Shown: positions 39,759 through 50,500 of the stretch, in pieces
Layout of the letters: every line of letters starts with the position of its first letter
Position numbering within the stretch: the stretch's first letter is position 1
Source: an uncultured Clostridia bacterium
GTDB lineage: Bacteria > Bacillota > Clostridia > Christensenellales > UBA1242
DNA length: 64,000 bases
Assembly: GCA_944383405.1 (NCBI GenBank)
Contig: CALWPL010000001.1
Location: 196,004 to 260,003 of the forward strand
Reading direction: 5' to 3'
Notes under the pieces: generated by a model
Seen by the model: only the letters and a program-made list of their open reading frames with translations
The model's database searches: none
What the model was told of the DNA's origin: nothing
Position numbers and translations under genes: made by a program

Positions 39759-40223
39759 TTATTTATCATAAAGTCCAAATAGTTGGGCACTAGCAATAAC
39801 TTTTCCTTTCATTTCTTGTTCTAATTGTTCTAATGTAAAATTACCTGTCAAATTTAGGTCTTGATTTAAAGCATAAACAGTAAGCCTATAATTGTGAGTT
39901 TTATCTGGTGGGCAAGGACCCCCATAACAATTATCATTCCATGTGTTTTTCCCTTGAACAAAGTCAAAAGCACTTTCACTTTCTCCTTCTTCAACTTTTG
40001 TCCTATGTAGATTGGCAATTAGCCAATGAATCCAAACAACATTACTTACATTTAGTGAATCTGGGTCATCAAAGACTACTGCGAAACTTTTTGTTTCTTT
40101 TGGGGCGTCATGGATTTCAAAAGGAATAGAAAGTGTTGGCATACCAAATTTCATTTTTGTGCCACGCTTTCCATATTTGTCTAAAATATGAGAATTTACA
40201 ATTCCTGAACTTGTTATTTGCAT
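39759..40223 (-). CDS. YbhB/YbcL-family PEBP (Raf-kinase-inhibitor-like) protein
   Basis: Motifs SFAVVFDDPD, WIHWLIANL and GPCPPDKTHNYRLTVYAL (the PEBP signature GPxPPxxxHxY). AGGAG RBS. Confidence 0.85.
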   Translation of the reverse strand: MQITSSGIVNSHILDKYGKRGTKMKFGMPTLSIPFEIHDAPKETKSFAVVFDDPDSLNVSNVVWIHWLIANLHRTKVEEGESESAFDFVQGKNTWNDNCYGGPCPPDKTHNYRLTVYALNQDLNLTGNFTLEQLEQEMKGKVIASAQLFGLYDK

Positions 40224-40446
40224 TTTTAAACTCCTTTATTTATTTTATCACTAATTTTAAATAATAGATAGTAAAATTTTAGTTATTTTGCTTTTTAAAA
40301 AATTAATTTAAATGTATAATAATTATATTGTTTTTTAAAAAATTGTTATAATTTTTAAGCAAAAATGATTTTAAAGTTAAAGTAGAAAGTAAAATTTTCA
40401 AAATTTTATAATTACTTTTGATATTTTGAGTATAATAGGAGAAAGA

Positions 40447-41604
40447 ATGGAAAGTAAAGAGAGTACAAATATTATAAAAAGAAAGATAAATGATGTTGAA
40501 CAAGTTTTAGAACACCTTCGAAAAAAGGACAAGCGTATGATTGTTGCTATGGCGCCATCAGTGAGAGTTTCTCTTGGAGAAGGGTTTGGATGTAAAATTG
40601 GGGAAAATGTTGAAGGCAAGATTATTACAGCGTTTCGAAAACTCGGATTTGATGATGTTTTTGATGTTGACTTTGGGGCAGACCTTACGGTCGTTGAAGA
40701 AGCAAACGAATTTGTGAATAGATTTTTAAATAGTGATAGGCTCCCAATGTTCACATCTTGTTGTCCTGCATGGGTAAAATTTGTTGAAACAATGTATCCA
40801 GAATTTATTTCACATATTTCAACTTGCAAGTCGCCACAACAAATGCTTGCGGGTGTTGTCAAGACTTTTTATGCAGAAAAACTCAAGGTAAAACCAAGTG
40901 ATTTGTACTTTGTAACTGTCATGCCTTGTATTGCAAAAAAGTCGGAAAGACTAAGACCTGGGATGTCTGCTGGGAAGTGCGGTCCTGACACAGATGCTGT
41001 TTTGACTGTTAGAGAAATGATAGGTATTATAAAGTCAAAGAATATTGATTTTATGAATCTTGAAGATGGTGAATTTGATAAAATACTTGGGCTTTCATCT
41101 GGTTCAGGAGTCATCTTTGGGACAACTGGTGGAGTAATGGAAGCAAGCCTAAGAACGCTTATGGATAGATTATCAAGAAAAGATATTAAAAATGTTGAAT
41201 ATTTAATAGTAAGAGGTTTGGGCGGTATAAAAGAAGGCAGTATAAAAGTTGGAGATAGAGAAATAAGGGTTGCAGTTGTAAGTGGGCTTAACAATGCAAA
41301 AATTTTGCTTGATGAAATAAAGGAAGGAAAGAAAAATTTTGATTTTGTTGAAGTTATGGCTTGCCCGGGTGGGTGTTCTAATGGTACAGGCATGCCAATG
41401 TATTCAAAAAACCAAGCGGAAAATACAAAAATTGCTGAAATAAGAGCAAAAGGGCTATATAAAACGGATAAAAAGAAAAACGCAAGAAAATCGCATAAAA
41501 ATCCAGCCATAAAAAAATTATATAAAGATTACTTAGGGGAGATAGGCGGAGAAAGAGCAAAAGAGATTTTGCATACAAAATACAAAAGAGTAAAAATGAA
41601 ATAA
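40447..41604 (+). CDS. hydA: [FeFe]-hydrogenase, catalytic H-domain only (no N-terminal ferredoxin-like domains)
   Basis: All three H-cluster motifs are present: FTSCCPAW (40753-40773), VMPCIAKKSE and VEVMACPGGCSNGTG. The C-terminus is small-subunit-like (IRAKGLYKTDKK...KKLYKDYLG). I prefer ATG 40447 because AGGAG at 40437-40441 precedes it; the track start at 40426 is TTG. Confidence 0.85.
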   Translation: MESKESTNIIKRKINDVEQVLEHLRKKDKRMIVAMAPSVRVSLGEGFGCKIGENVEGKIITAFRKLGFDDVFDVDFGADLTVVEEANEFVNRFLNSDRLPMFTSCCPAWVKFVETMYPEFISHISTCKSPQQMLAGVVKTFYAEKLKVKPSDLYFVTVMPCIAKKSERLRPGMSAGKCGPDTDAVLTVREMIGIIKSKNIDFMNLEDGEFDKILGLSSGSGVIFGTTGGVMEASLRTLMDRLSRKDIKNVEYLIVRGLGGIKEGSIKVGDREIRVAVVSGLNNAKILLDEIKEGKKNFDFVEVMACPGGCSNGTGMPMYSKNQAENTKIAEIRAKGLYKTDKKKNARKSHKNPAIKKLYKDYLGEIGGERAKEILHTKYKRVKMK

Positions 41605-41650
41605 TAACAATAAATAAATATAATAACAATAAAGAAATATAATAATAACA

Positions 41651-41685
41651 AAGAAATACAAGTGTGGTTTTGTATTTCTTTTTTT
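41651..41685 (+). terminator. Rho-independent terminator of the hydrogenase gene
   Basis: AAGAAATACAA (41651-41661) pairs with TTGTATTTCTT (41670-41680), followed by TTTTT. Confidence 0.8.
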
Positions 41686-41799
41686 AAGCTAAAAACTTCA
41701 ATTCTAGAAATTAAGTTTTTTCACAATTATTAACAAATTGTGGAAAAGTAATTGACAAAATTGCGGAGAGGGTAAAATACCTCCGAAGGATGTATACAA

Positions 41800-42057
41800 A
41801 TGAGTAAGGTAAGTCGAAATGTCAAAAGTACTGAAGAATTAGAGTAAGTAATTGATGTCTATTATAGTAATGGATTTCAACTTAAAACAAAGGATGAAAC
41901 AGGGGCTACACTTATAAAAAGAACTAAGAGCAAAAAATATAAGTGGAATTTAATTACTTTGGTAATTGCTTTTTGTACGCTTTTTGTTGCTCCAATTGTT
42001 TATAATGTGCTTAATACTAAGAAGCAAACAGTACAAATTAATTTAGTTAATAACTAA
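41800..42057 (+). pseudogene. Small (85-codon) membrane-protein ORF interrupted by an in-frame TAA at codon 16
   Basis: AAGGA lies 9 nt before ATG 41800. The translation is MSKVSRNVKSTEELE-TAA(41845-41847)-VIDVYYSNGFQLKTKDETGATLIKRTKSKKYKWNLITLVIAFCTLFVAPIVYNVLNTKKQTVQINLVNN-TAA. The 69 codons after the stop stay open and contain a clear TM helix, but no ATG/GTG/TTG start follows the stop. A candidate promoter is TTGACA 41752-41757 with TAAAAT 41773-41778 (15-bp spacer). Confidence 0.45.
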
Positions 42058-42146
42058 GAATTTAAGATTATCAACCTTTGAAACTATTGAAATGAAAGAA
42101 AACTAGTTTCAAAAGTAAGTAACTAAGAACTCTCTTTTTTATCTAT

Positions 42147-42213
42147 AAAATAACTCCCAGTAATAATGAAGTGAATTGTTAAAAAATTAATACTTCATTG
42201 TGGGAGTTATTTT
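42147..42213. terminator. Long compound hairpin downstream of metG (bidirectional terminator candidate)
   Basis: AAAATAACTCCCA (42147-42159) pairs with TGGGAGTTATTTT (42201-42213). The inner stem is AATGAAG/CTTCATT. Confidence 0.6.
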
Positions 42214-42218
42214 ATTTA

Positions 42219-43943
42219 TTATTTATTGAAATATTCCTTAATATCAAAAGGTGTTGACATGATAGTTTTGAATTTTTCAAGTTTTTCATTGTCGACTCTT
42301 TCAAAAATAGGGAAAACATCTTTTATTTTATGCCCTTTTTGAATGTTAAATTTACTTGCCTTATGCCAAATGCCATTTTGAGAAGGTGATTCTTGTAAGC
42401 CTATTTGGTCTTGCCATAAAATTTTTGTTTTATTTGGAATAATAGGAGATGCTACTATACACAAACTAGCACAAAGATTTAGTGATAAGGCAAGTACTTT
42501 TTCTGCTTCTTCTTTTTTATCTTGCTTCATTAGCGCCCAAGGAGCAGATTTCTCAATATATCCATTTCCGATTGTGGCATAGTTCATTATAAGTTTATAT
42601 GCATCTCTTAACTCCGCTTTTTCAAAAGATTGGGAAATTTTATTTGGCATAGTTTTTATGGCGTCAATAATTTCTTTGTCAAGGTCATTTATATTGTTTA
42701 GAGCATTTATATCTATATTTAATTGACCATTAAAATAATTTTTTATCATGTTTAGCGTTCTATTAAACAAATTACCAAATTTTCCAACAAGTTCAGAGTT
42801 AGTATTATTTTTATAATCTTCCCATCTATAATCTGTATCTTTATTTTCAGGAATAATAGTAGTTAAATATGCTCGCAATGTGTCAATATCAATTTCATCA
42901 TTATCTTCAAGTAATGCATTACAAAAAACGCCAATTTTTTTACTTTTACTAAATTTCTGACCTTCATAATTTAAAAAGTTAAGTCCAACGACATTATAAG
43001 CAAGATTATATTTTTTATGTTCAAGTAACATAGTAGGGAAAAATACGGCGTGGAATTGAATATTGTCTTTCCCAACGAAATTATAGATTTTTGCAGATTT
43101 ATTAATCCATAATTGTTCATATTTTTTTTCGTCTAATTCTTTTGTTAGAGATATATATCCAATAGGAGCGTCAAACCAAACATAGAAAACTTTATTTTCA
43201 TAACCTTTTAAAGGTATATTAAAGCCCCAAGTAATATCTCTTGAAATGCATCTATCTTTAAGACCTTCCTGTATCCACTTTTTTGCTTCGGCATAGACAT
43301 GTGGGCGCCAAATATTTTTCTTAGACTCAACCCATTCTTCAAGTTCTTTAACGCCTTTTGATAAAATCAAAAAAATATGTTTTGATTTTCTAAGTACTGC
43401 TTTTTGACCGCAAATTTTACATCTAGCGTCAATTAATTCGTTTGGCGAAAATAAACTATCACACTTTTCACATTGGTCGCCACTTGCTTCATTAAAGCCG
43501 CAATGTGGGCAAGTGCCTACTACATATCTGTCAGGCAAAAACATTTTATCATGTTCACAATAAAACATTTCAGTTTCGCCTTCACGAATATAGCCATTAT
43601 TATAAAGTTCCATAAAAAAATCTTTTGTAACTTGTTCGTGAATGTCAGTATGAGTATTTGAATAGATATCATAACTTATATTTAGTTTTTCATATATTTT
43701 TTTGTGAACTTTGTGAAGTTCTTCAGTTAATGTTTCAACAGGGATATTTAGTTCTTGCGCTGTCATTAAACTAGGCGTACCATGCATATCAGAGCCACCG
43801 ACAAAAGTGGTGTCGTACCCAAAACTTCTACAATATCTAGCGAAAATATCAGCAGGCAAATGACACCCTACAATATGCCCAACATGTGGGATATTATTTA
43901 CATATGTAAGGGCGGCAGTGATTAATCTTTTTTCATTTTTCAT
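42219..43943 (-). CDS. metG: Methionine--tRNA ligase (short form, no C-terminal tRNA-binding appendix)
   Basis: HIGH-type motif PHVGHIVG, KMSKS-type motif KFSKSK, and zinc knuckles CPHCGFNEASGDQCEKC / CKICG. GGAGAG RBS lies inside the dtd 3' end. Confidence 0.92.
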   Translation of the reverse strand: MKNEKRLITAALTYVNNIPHVGHIVGCHLPADIFARYCRSFGYDTTFVGGSDMHGTPSLMTAQELNIPVETLTEELHKVHKKIYEKLNISYDIYSNTHTDIHEQVTKDFFMELYNNGYIREGETEMFYCEHDKMFLPDRYVVGTCPHCGFNEASGDQCEKCDSLFSPNELIDARCKICGQKAVLRKSKHIFLILSKGVKELEEWVESKKNIWRPHVYAEAKKWIQEGLKDRCISRDITWGFNIPLKGYENKVFYVWFDAPIGYISLTKELDEKKYEQLWINKSAKIYNFVGKDNIQFHAVFFPTMLLEHKKYNLAYNVVGLNFLNYEGQKFSKSKKIGVFCNALLEDNDEIDIDTLRAYLTTIIPENKDTDYRWEDYKNNTNSELVGKFGNLFNRTLNMIKNYFNGQLNIDINALNNINDLDKEIIDAIKTMPNKISQSFEKAELRDAYKLIMNYATIGNGYIEKSAPWALMKQDKKEEAEKVLALSLNLCASLCIVASPIIPNKTKILWQDQIGLQESPSQNGIWHKASKFNIQKGHKIKDVFPIFERVDNEKLEKFKTIMSTPFDIKEYFNK

Positions 43944-44397
43944 TTTTTATTCTCTCCGTATCAAATATAATATTTACAGGTCCATCGTTTGAGACTATGA
44001 CATTCATATCAGCCCCAAAAACTCCTGAACAAATTTTGTTAAAAGCATTTTGTTTTTTACATTCGTCTATAAATTTATTTACATATTCTTCTGCCCTAAT
44101 GGGCATCATACTTTCTAGAAAGTCAGGTCTAAATCCATGGGTGGTATTTGCATATAATGTAAAATTACTTATTACGAGTAGATCGGCACCAACTGATTTT
44201 GGATTTAAATTCATTTTCTCATTTTGGTCTTCAAAAATTCTTAATCCACAAATTTTTTTTACAAGATAATTTAGGTCTTGCTCATTGTCATTTTTACCAA
44301 TACCAAGAAAGACCACAAAGCCATTATTAATTTCTCCAACTATTTTATTATTTACCTTTACTTGTGCATTAAGGCATCTTTGTAAGACTGCTCTCAT
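43933..44397 (-). CDS. dtd: D-aminoacyl-tRNA deacylase
   Basis: MRAVLQRCLNAQVKV...GFVVFLGIGKND, SNFTLYA, HGFRPDF, NDGPVNIIFD. AGGAG RBS. Its stop overlaps the metG start by 11 nt. Confidence 0.9.
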   Translation of the reverse strand: MRAVLQRCLNAQVKVNNKIVGEINNGFVVFLGIGKNDNEQDLNYLVKKICGLRIFEDQNEKMNLNPKSVGADLLVISNFTLYANTTHGFRPDFLESMMPIRAEEYVNKFIDECKKQNAFNKICSGVFGADMNVIVSNDGPVNIIFDTERIKNEK

Positions 44398-44490
44398 GGT
44401 TTCTCCTTTAAAAAATTATACACCAAATAATATAGTAAATCAAATAGAAATTAGTTATATAGCAATTTTAATTAAATTACATTTTTTGTT

Positions 44491-44518
44491 TTGAAAGAAA
44501 GATAATATATTATATAAT
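44491..44518 (+). promoter_or_regulatory. Candidate sigma-A promoter for the 2,132-aa surface protein gene
   Basis: TTGAAA (44491-44496), 16 bp, TATAAT (44513-44518). Several other AT-rich hexamers nearby make this tentative. Confidence 0.35.
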
Positions 44519-44587
44519 ACTAATACTAAATGTAATTGATTTTAATAAGGCAATATATTGATATAATTTATAGGAGCAAGAGATAAA

Positions 44588-47500
44588 ATGAAAAAATTAA
44601 CAAAATTTATAAGTCTTTTACCTATTTTGTTATTAAGCATAATATGTTTATGGGGTTGCTCATGTAGTCAGGATAGATTACAGAGAATTTCCCTTTCAAT
44701 TTCAAGTGAAGATGCTATATATGTAGGTGGGAATGAAGGTTATGTGATTGAATATACTAATGCACCTATCAAGATTCAAGTTGATATGTATCCAACAAGT
44801 TTTAGTGATGATAGTTTAATTTGGCAGAGTCAGTATACTAATGTAGCAAGAGTTAACAATGGTTACATTACTTGTGTAGGGGAAGGGACAACTGTTATAA
44901 CAGCAACTTATAGAAATAGTTCTCAGGAATTATCACAGAGAATTCTTGTAACTATCACAAGGGAAACCTTGCCAGAGTTCCCACAGTCCCAAGCGACATC
45001 TACTTATAGTGGGGTAGACCAAAAAAATGATTTTAAGGTAATAAATGTACCAGAGAATCAAGAAGAATATAGTTATCAATATTACAACTTGTCAACTGGG
45101 CAAGTAGTTAATGAAATAATAGATGTAGGTAGATATAGAATTACATATAATAGGAGAGTTACACAAGGGGAAGGGGAAGAAGCAACAACTGAGTTTATAG
45201 AGTACGCTTCAATGAATGTTGAAATTATTCCCTATGAAATTCTAATTAATGCGTCAAATGGGAGCAGTGTTTTTGGAGGAGACTTACAAGACGGATTTTT
45301 TAATGGAAATATAAGTGATGATGATTTAAATGAAGGAATTGATATAACACAGGGCGTAGGAAAAGATGCGGGTATTTCTATTGGAAAGTATATTTTTACT
45401 ACAACTGCTTCAAAAACAAGTTTAGTAGGTACTTATTCTACTGGAATAAATTATAGGTTAAATGATGAATTTGCAAAGAATTATAGGGTGTCTTACATCC
45501 CAGGGACTTATAGTGTTACTGCTAGACAAGTAATACTTGTAGTTGATGACCAAAACATAAGTTATGGAGCATCGGCAGCACTAAATAGGTTTAAGTTATA
45601 CGATTATAATGAATATGTTGAAAGTGGTAATAGATATGATAGAATAAATCCGCTTGACAATACAGCAATAAATTATTCTAGTCATATCTCAGTTTCTAAT
45701 TATACTTTTATGCAAAATGGAGAAATGGCCGCTCTTAATGCGTATGGATATCTTGATTCAGGAGCGTACACAATAGGGTACACAAATCCTACATCTGATA
45801 ATAATCTCTTAATTGTAGAATCATTTTTTGGGAATCTAACAGTTAGTAAAAGAAGCGTAATGATAACGCCTCATGATAATTTAGGTAAGGTTTATGGAAC
45901 GCCAGATGATTTATCTTTAATTACTTATGACCACTCAGGAATTATTAATATAAATGAAATTATTCCATTTATATCTATTGACTATGTTTCAAGTGTCGGT
46001 TCTGATTATAACTTAGGAGAGCAAAATAATAGAGCACCTGTTGGAACATATTATTATACTATTAACAATACATACAATAAAAATTATACTTTTACACTTG
46101 ATGAAAGGGCAATGTCTACATGGGACGATGCAGAATCTCAAATAGTTTTTACTGTTGAAAGAAGTAATATAATAATTCAATTTGAAAATTATGAAGGAAA
46201 TTATTCTTATCCTAAAAATAACAGTACGCATGTAGTTAGTTATTATAATAATTCAGATGCTGATTATATATTAAAATTAAGGTCTTTTAGAGTTAATAAT
46301 GTTGAGCAAATTGTTGATGGAGTGTTTGCTTGTCAGGGAGAAGACTTTGAAAACTTGGGAAACTTTTTATTAAGTACAGGCGAAGTTTTTAAGATAAATT
46401 TAAACTTAACTAGTATACAAACTGACCATTATGCTTCTTATCAAGTTACCTTTGATAGTAGTGAGTTTTCAACTGGCAGTGATAATAATTTTATTATTAC
46501 GGTTTTATCTTCAAGAATAGATTTGAATAAAATTACAGTAACTGTAACTCCAAATGCAAGTGTTGAAAATTCACATAAAACATACGATGGGACTCAAAAT
46601 TTACTTGGGCAGACAATAACAAACTTTTTAAATTCTTTTGTGCTATCGGATGAAATAGAAGACAACTTAGATATTTATGATATTATTGTTGAAGGGACAA
46701 GTCTCCTTAGTATGTCAAATGAAAGTGGGCTTTTTGTTAAAATAGATGAACAGGGTATAGAAACAGTTGTAAATAGTTTTAAGGATTGTGGCAGTTATAA
46801 AGTTTTTTTAAATAGCCAAATATCGTATAAAAAAGGAATGGAGTATTATGACTTTATTTTAGATAATAGTAAAAACTATCTTTTTACAATAGATAAGTAT
46901 CAAGTTAATATTATTCCAGTGGCAGATCAAAGCAAACTCTATGGAAGTTCCGACCCAGAAATTGAATATGATATTGATGAAAATACACAACTTGTTGATG
47001 ACAATGCAATGCGCACAGGTAATTTATCAAGAGAAAGTGGAGAAGATGTTGGATCATATACAATTAATCTTGGCTCTCTAAGTTTTGGAGACAATTATAG
47101 TTTAAATCTTGCTTCGCAAGTAGAATTTAAAATTGAAAAAAGGCAAGTCATTGTTGAGCCTTATTCTTATACGACAACTTATGGTAGTAGTAATCCGGTA
47201 ACAATATCTTATTATGTCAATATAGTTGAAGCATATGATGAAAATATTCTTGTGTTTCCTCAATTTACAGGCGATTTTGTTTTAACAAATGGAGATAATA
47301 TTGTCAGTAAAGTAGGAAATTACTATCCTGTTGCATATGACGAGAATAATAAAATTATAGATTATGTTATAAAACAGGGGTCATTTTCCTGTGAAGATGA
47401 AAACTTTGAACTTATAGTAAATGAAGAGTCAACTTATACTATCAATCCTAAGGAAATTACGCTTAATTTAATTGCAAGTACTTGGGAAAGAGAAGAAGGC

Positions 47501-50500
47501 GTTCCTGAGCCTGGGCTTGAGTTAAACTATGATACTACTTCTTTTGATGTTGTTGATAATCCGATAGTTAGTATAAAATCAATTACATTAACAGAAGGAA
47601 CTGGGACATACTATATTTCAAATTTGAATAATGTTGAAATTAGTATAACAAAAAACAATATAGATGTTAAAAATTGTTATAATATTTCACTTGGACAAAA
47701 TATTGTATATTATATTGATAGTCAGATAATTGATTTTAAACTAGTTTATAGCCAAGACTTATCATCTGCGACAGCAGAGTTAACTTATACGGGACAATCT
47801 ATGGCAAGTACTTTTAGGCTAATTTGTACAACTCCTGGGTTTGAATTTGCAGCAAATGCTAATGGAGAAAGTTCAAGTTATAGTATTGTTTATTCAACAA
47901 GTGAAGAAGATAATATAACTCCTATAAATGTTGGTGGATATAATGTCAATCTTGTTTTAGAAGAAGACAACAAGTTAATTCTTAAAAACAGTCAAGGACA
48001 AATTATAGAGTTAACTGAATTTGGTGTATCTCAAAATAGTTATATTGCTAGTTTGTCTCAAACAGGCTATTTAAATATTTTAAAGGCACAAATTCAGTAT
48101 AATGAAAACTTACTTAGTTTTGCTTCTAGTATCATATATGGACAAGGGCAAGAGAGTTTACCAAATATTATTGAAGTTCAAGAAGAACAACCTGTTTTTA
48201 CTGGTGTTAATGGCGAACAAATTACACTAAGAACATTTGATAATGGAAAGAATTATGAATATAGGACTTCTTCCTATCCAATAGAAATGCTAGGGGTAGC
48301 GGCGTCTCCACACGATATAACTATAATGGTACAGGCTGTTAAAGATGGGGCGGTTGATAATAACTATTTACCTTTAACAATTAATGTTCCACTTTCAGTT
48401 TCTCCTAAACCAATTACAATTAGCAGTGAAGGCGATTCTGCTCCTACAATTACAAGTCCTGATGGACTTACTAGTGTTGTTTATTCAGGCTCGTCAAGAT
48501 ATTTTACTTTAAATATGGAGACAGATGATGAAGGGAATAATTATAGCATTGCTTATGGATATATTTTGTTAAAAGCACAATACAATGGCTCAGGAACAGG
48601 GCTTCTAAAAAAGTATGCTTTTGATGGAAATAATGTTTCAGAAGTTCTTGAAAATGGGGAAGAAGTTTTAGTTTTAGTTGATGATATTACAACAGAAGCA
48701 ACAATTGATGTTTTTGTCCAAACTATTCGTGGAACTAACTATGTAATAGTTGATAATGGAAATGAGATAAAAGATTGTTATCAAGTTTCAAGCCTTGGCG
48801 ATGTTGTTCCTAGAAATGCAGGAATTTACTTATGTACAGCAGTCTGTACTTCTGGACAAAATTATGTTTTTAGTTATAAATCAGAGAATATGTCTGAGAT
48901 TGAATTTTATGAATTTTTTGAAATAGAAAAATCTCCAAATATTATAATTGATAATTGGAAAACTGATTTTTATTATGGAACAATTTTTAATATTAATAAT
49001 CCATCCGAACTCCCTTTTGAATATTCTATGACGCCAGATTTCAAAAATAGCGTTGAATATGTCGTAGAGAATATTGACCAGTGGGCTCAGGTAAATTATA
49101 TGTTAGATGTTAATAATGGCTATACTATTACTTTAGTTATAGATGAGCAAAATTACTATTTTGCTTCTGAACAAATTTTTAATGTAATAAGTTGTGAAGC
49201 GGAAATTTATTTTCCAGCGGTTAATCAGTTTGTTTATCTTGGAGAAAATCAGCCTGTAACTTCTTTCTTAAATGAAATTAGTGCGGTGTTGCTTAATGAA
49301 AATGGGGAAGCATTAGAAAGAGTTTATTATATAGATAACCCAAATATTTTCACTTTTGAATACTATAATTTAGCGGGTGATTTGCTTGATACGCCACCTT
49401 TTGAAGTAGGATTATATGTTTTAAAGGCAATTTATGGTTCAAAATCTGATTCTTATTTTGGAGAAGGTACTTTTGAATATGAAATAGCAAAAAGGGCTTA
49501 TTCTGGTACTGTTACAGTGTCCGACAGAAGGGCCCCTTATGACCCAACATATACAGCAAGTGAATTGTATGGAATTATGATTGATATGTTTGATTGTGAT
49601 GCTCAGGCAAGTGAATATACGCTTAAAATTGTAGACGACAACAACCCAGATATTGTTTATTCTGCAAATGATGAAAGTTGGGTTAATAGTGTTAATAGTT
49701 GTGCTTCGGCAAAAAGGCTTAGGTTTATAGTTTCTTTTACAGATGGTATAACTGCTGATAGAGAAGTAACTGCTTTGCTTACTTTTACTAGAATTGCAAT
49801 TACAGATGATAATTTAAGTCCAGTTAATTCAATTTATAATTTTTACTATACGGGGTATTCAGTATACAAAGAATTAGTATATAATTCAGTTAATTTGGCT
49901 CCTAGTGGCGAAGTTGGCACTACTCAAACTGTGGATGGCAATGATGGAAAATTTTCAATTTCTTATTTAGAAAATAATACTATTTCACTTTCAGATAATA
50001 TAGGAAATCTTATTTTTAGAATTAGGTACAATTATTATGTGCAAACTAATGAAGGGACAGACGAATATACTTTGCTTTCAAATCCACCTGTTGCTCCTAA
50101 TAATTTACAATATAAAGTTGAATATATTTTTGAAGAAATTGGTACAAATTATGTTAGGAATACGACTATTGATACTATTGAATATAAAATAAATAAAATT
50201 AACACTTTGTATATTAGTTTTGGTAATTTTACAGAAACATATACTGGTAAAGATTTTTCAAATAGTATTGAACAAGGGGATATTGTGGTCTCAAATAATG
50301 CTTCAAGTGAATTAAGCAATATGAAAATAACTTTACTTAGAAGCCCAACATCTTCAACAGCAACTAGATATTCAGACGAGAATGGTGTAAGCTTAGTTAT
50401 GAGATATATGAAAGACAATGAATATGTTAGCGAAATAAATAGTGCTGGTACTTATGAAATTGTTTTATCATTATTATATTCTTCTTCTTATGATTTAAGC

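Noticed and set aside
40398-41510. Two sizeable antisense ORFs (154 aa at 40398-40862 and 213 aa at 40869-41510) opposite the hydrogenase gene.
   Set aside because: They lie entirely within a gene whose product has unmistakable H-cluster motifs. Their translations are low-complexity (S/F/I/P-rich) with no RBS or motif, as expected for mirror frames.
41596-41650. Imperfect direct repeats ATAATAACAA(T)AAA(G)AAAT after the hydrogenase stop.
   Set aside because: This is AT-rich low-complexity sequence immediately before a canonical terminator. It is too degenerate to distinguish from compositional noise.
41845-41847. The possibility that the in-frame TAA signals an alternative genetic code (TAA reassignment).
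   Set aside because: TAA cleanly terminates the giant ORF, the GLUG gene and several others at positions followed by terminators. TAG and TGA are also used as stops (murC, dtd). The standard bacterial code fits every recognisable gene.
44398-44587. A T-box or other riboswitch upstream of dtd-metG. I also looked upstream of murC and the hydrogenase gene.
   Set aside because: I saw no conserved T-box sequence, specifier-loop architecture or other recognisable riboswitch core. The regions are simple AT-rich spacers. A covariance-model scan would be needed for certainty.
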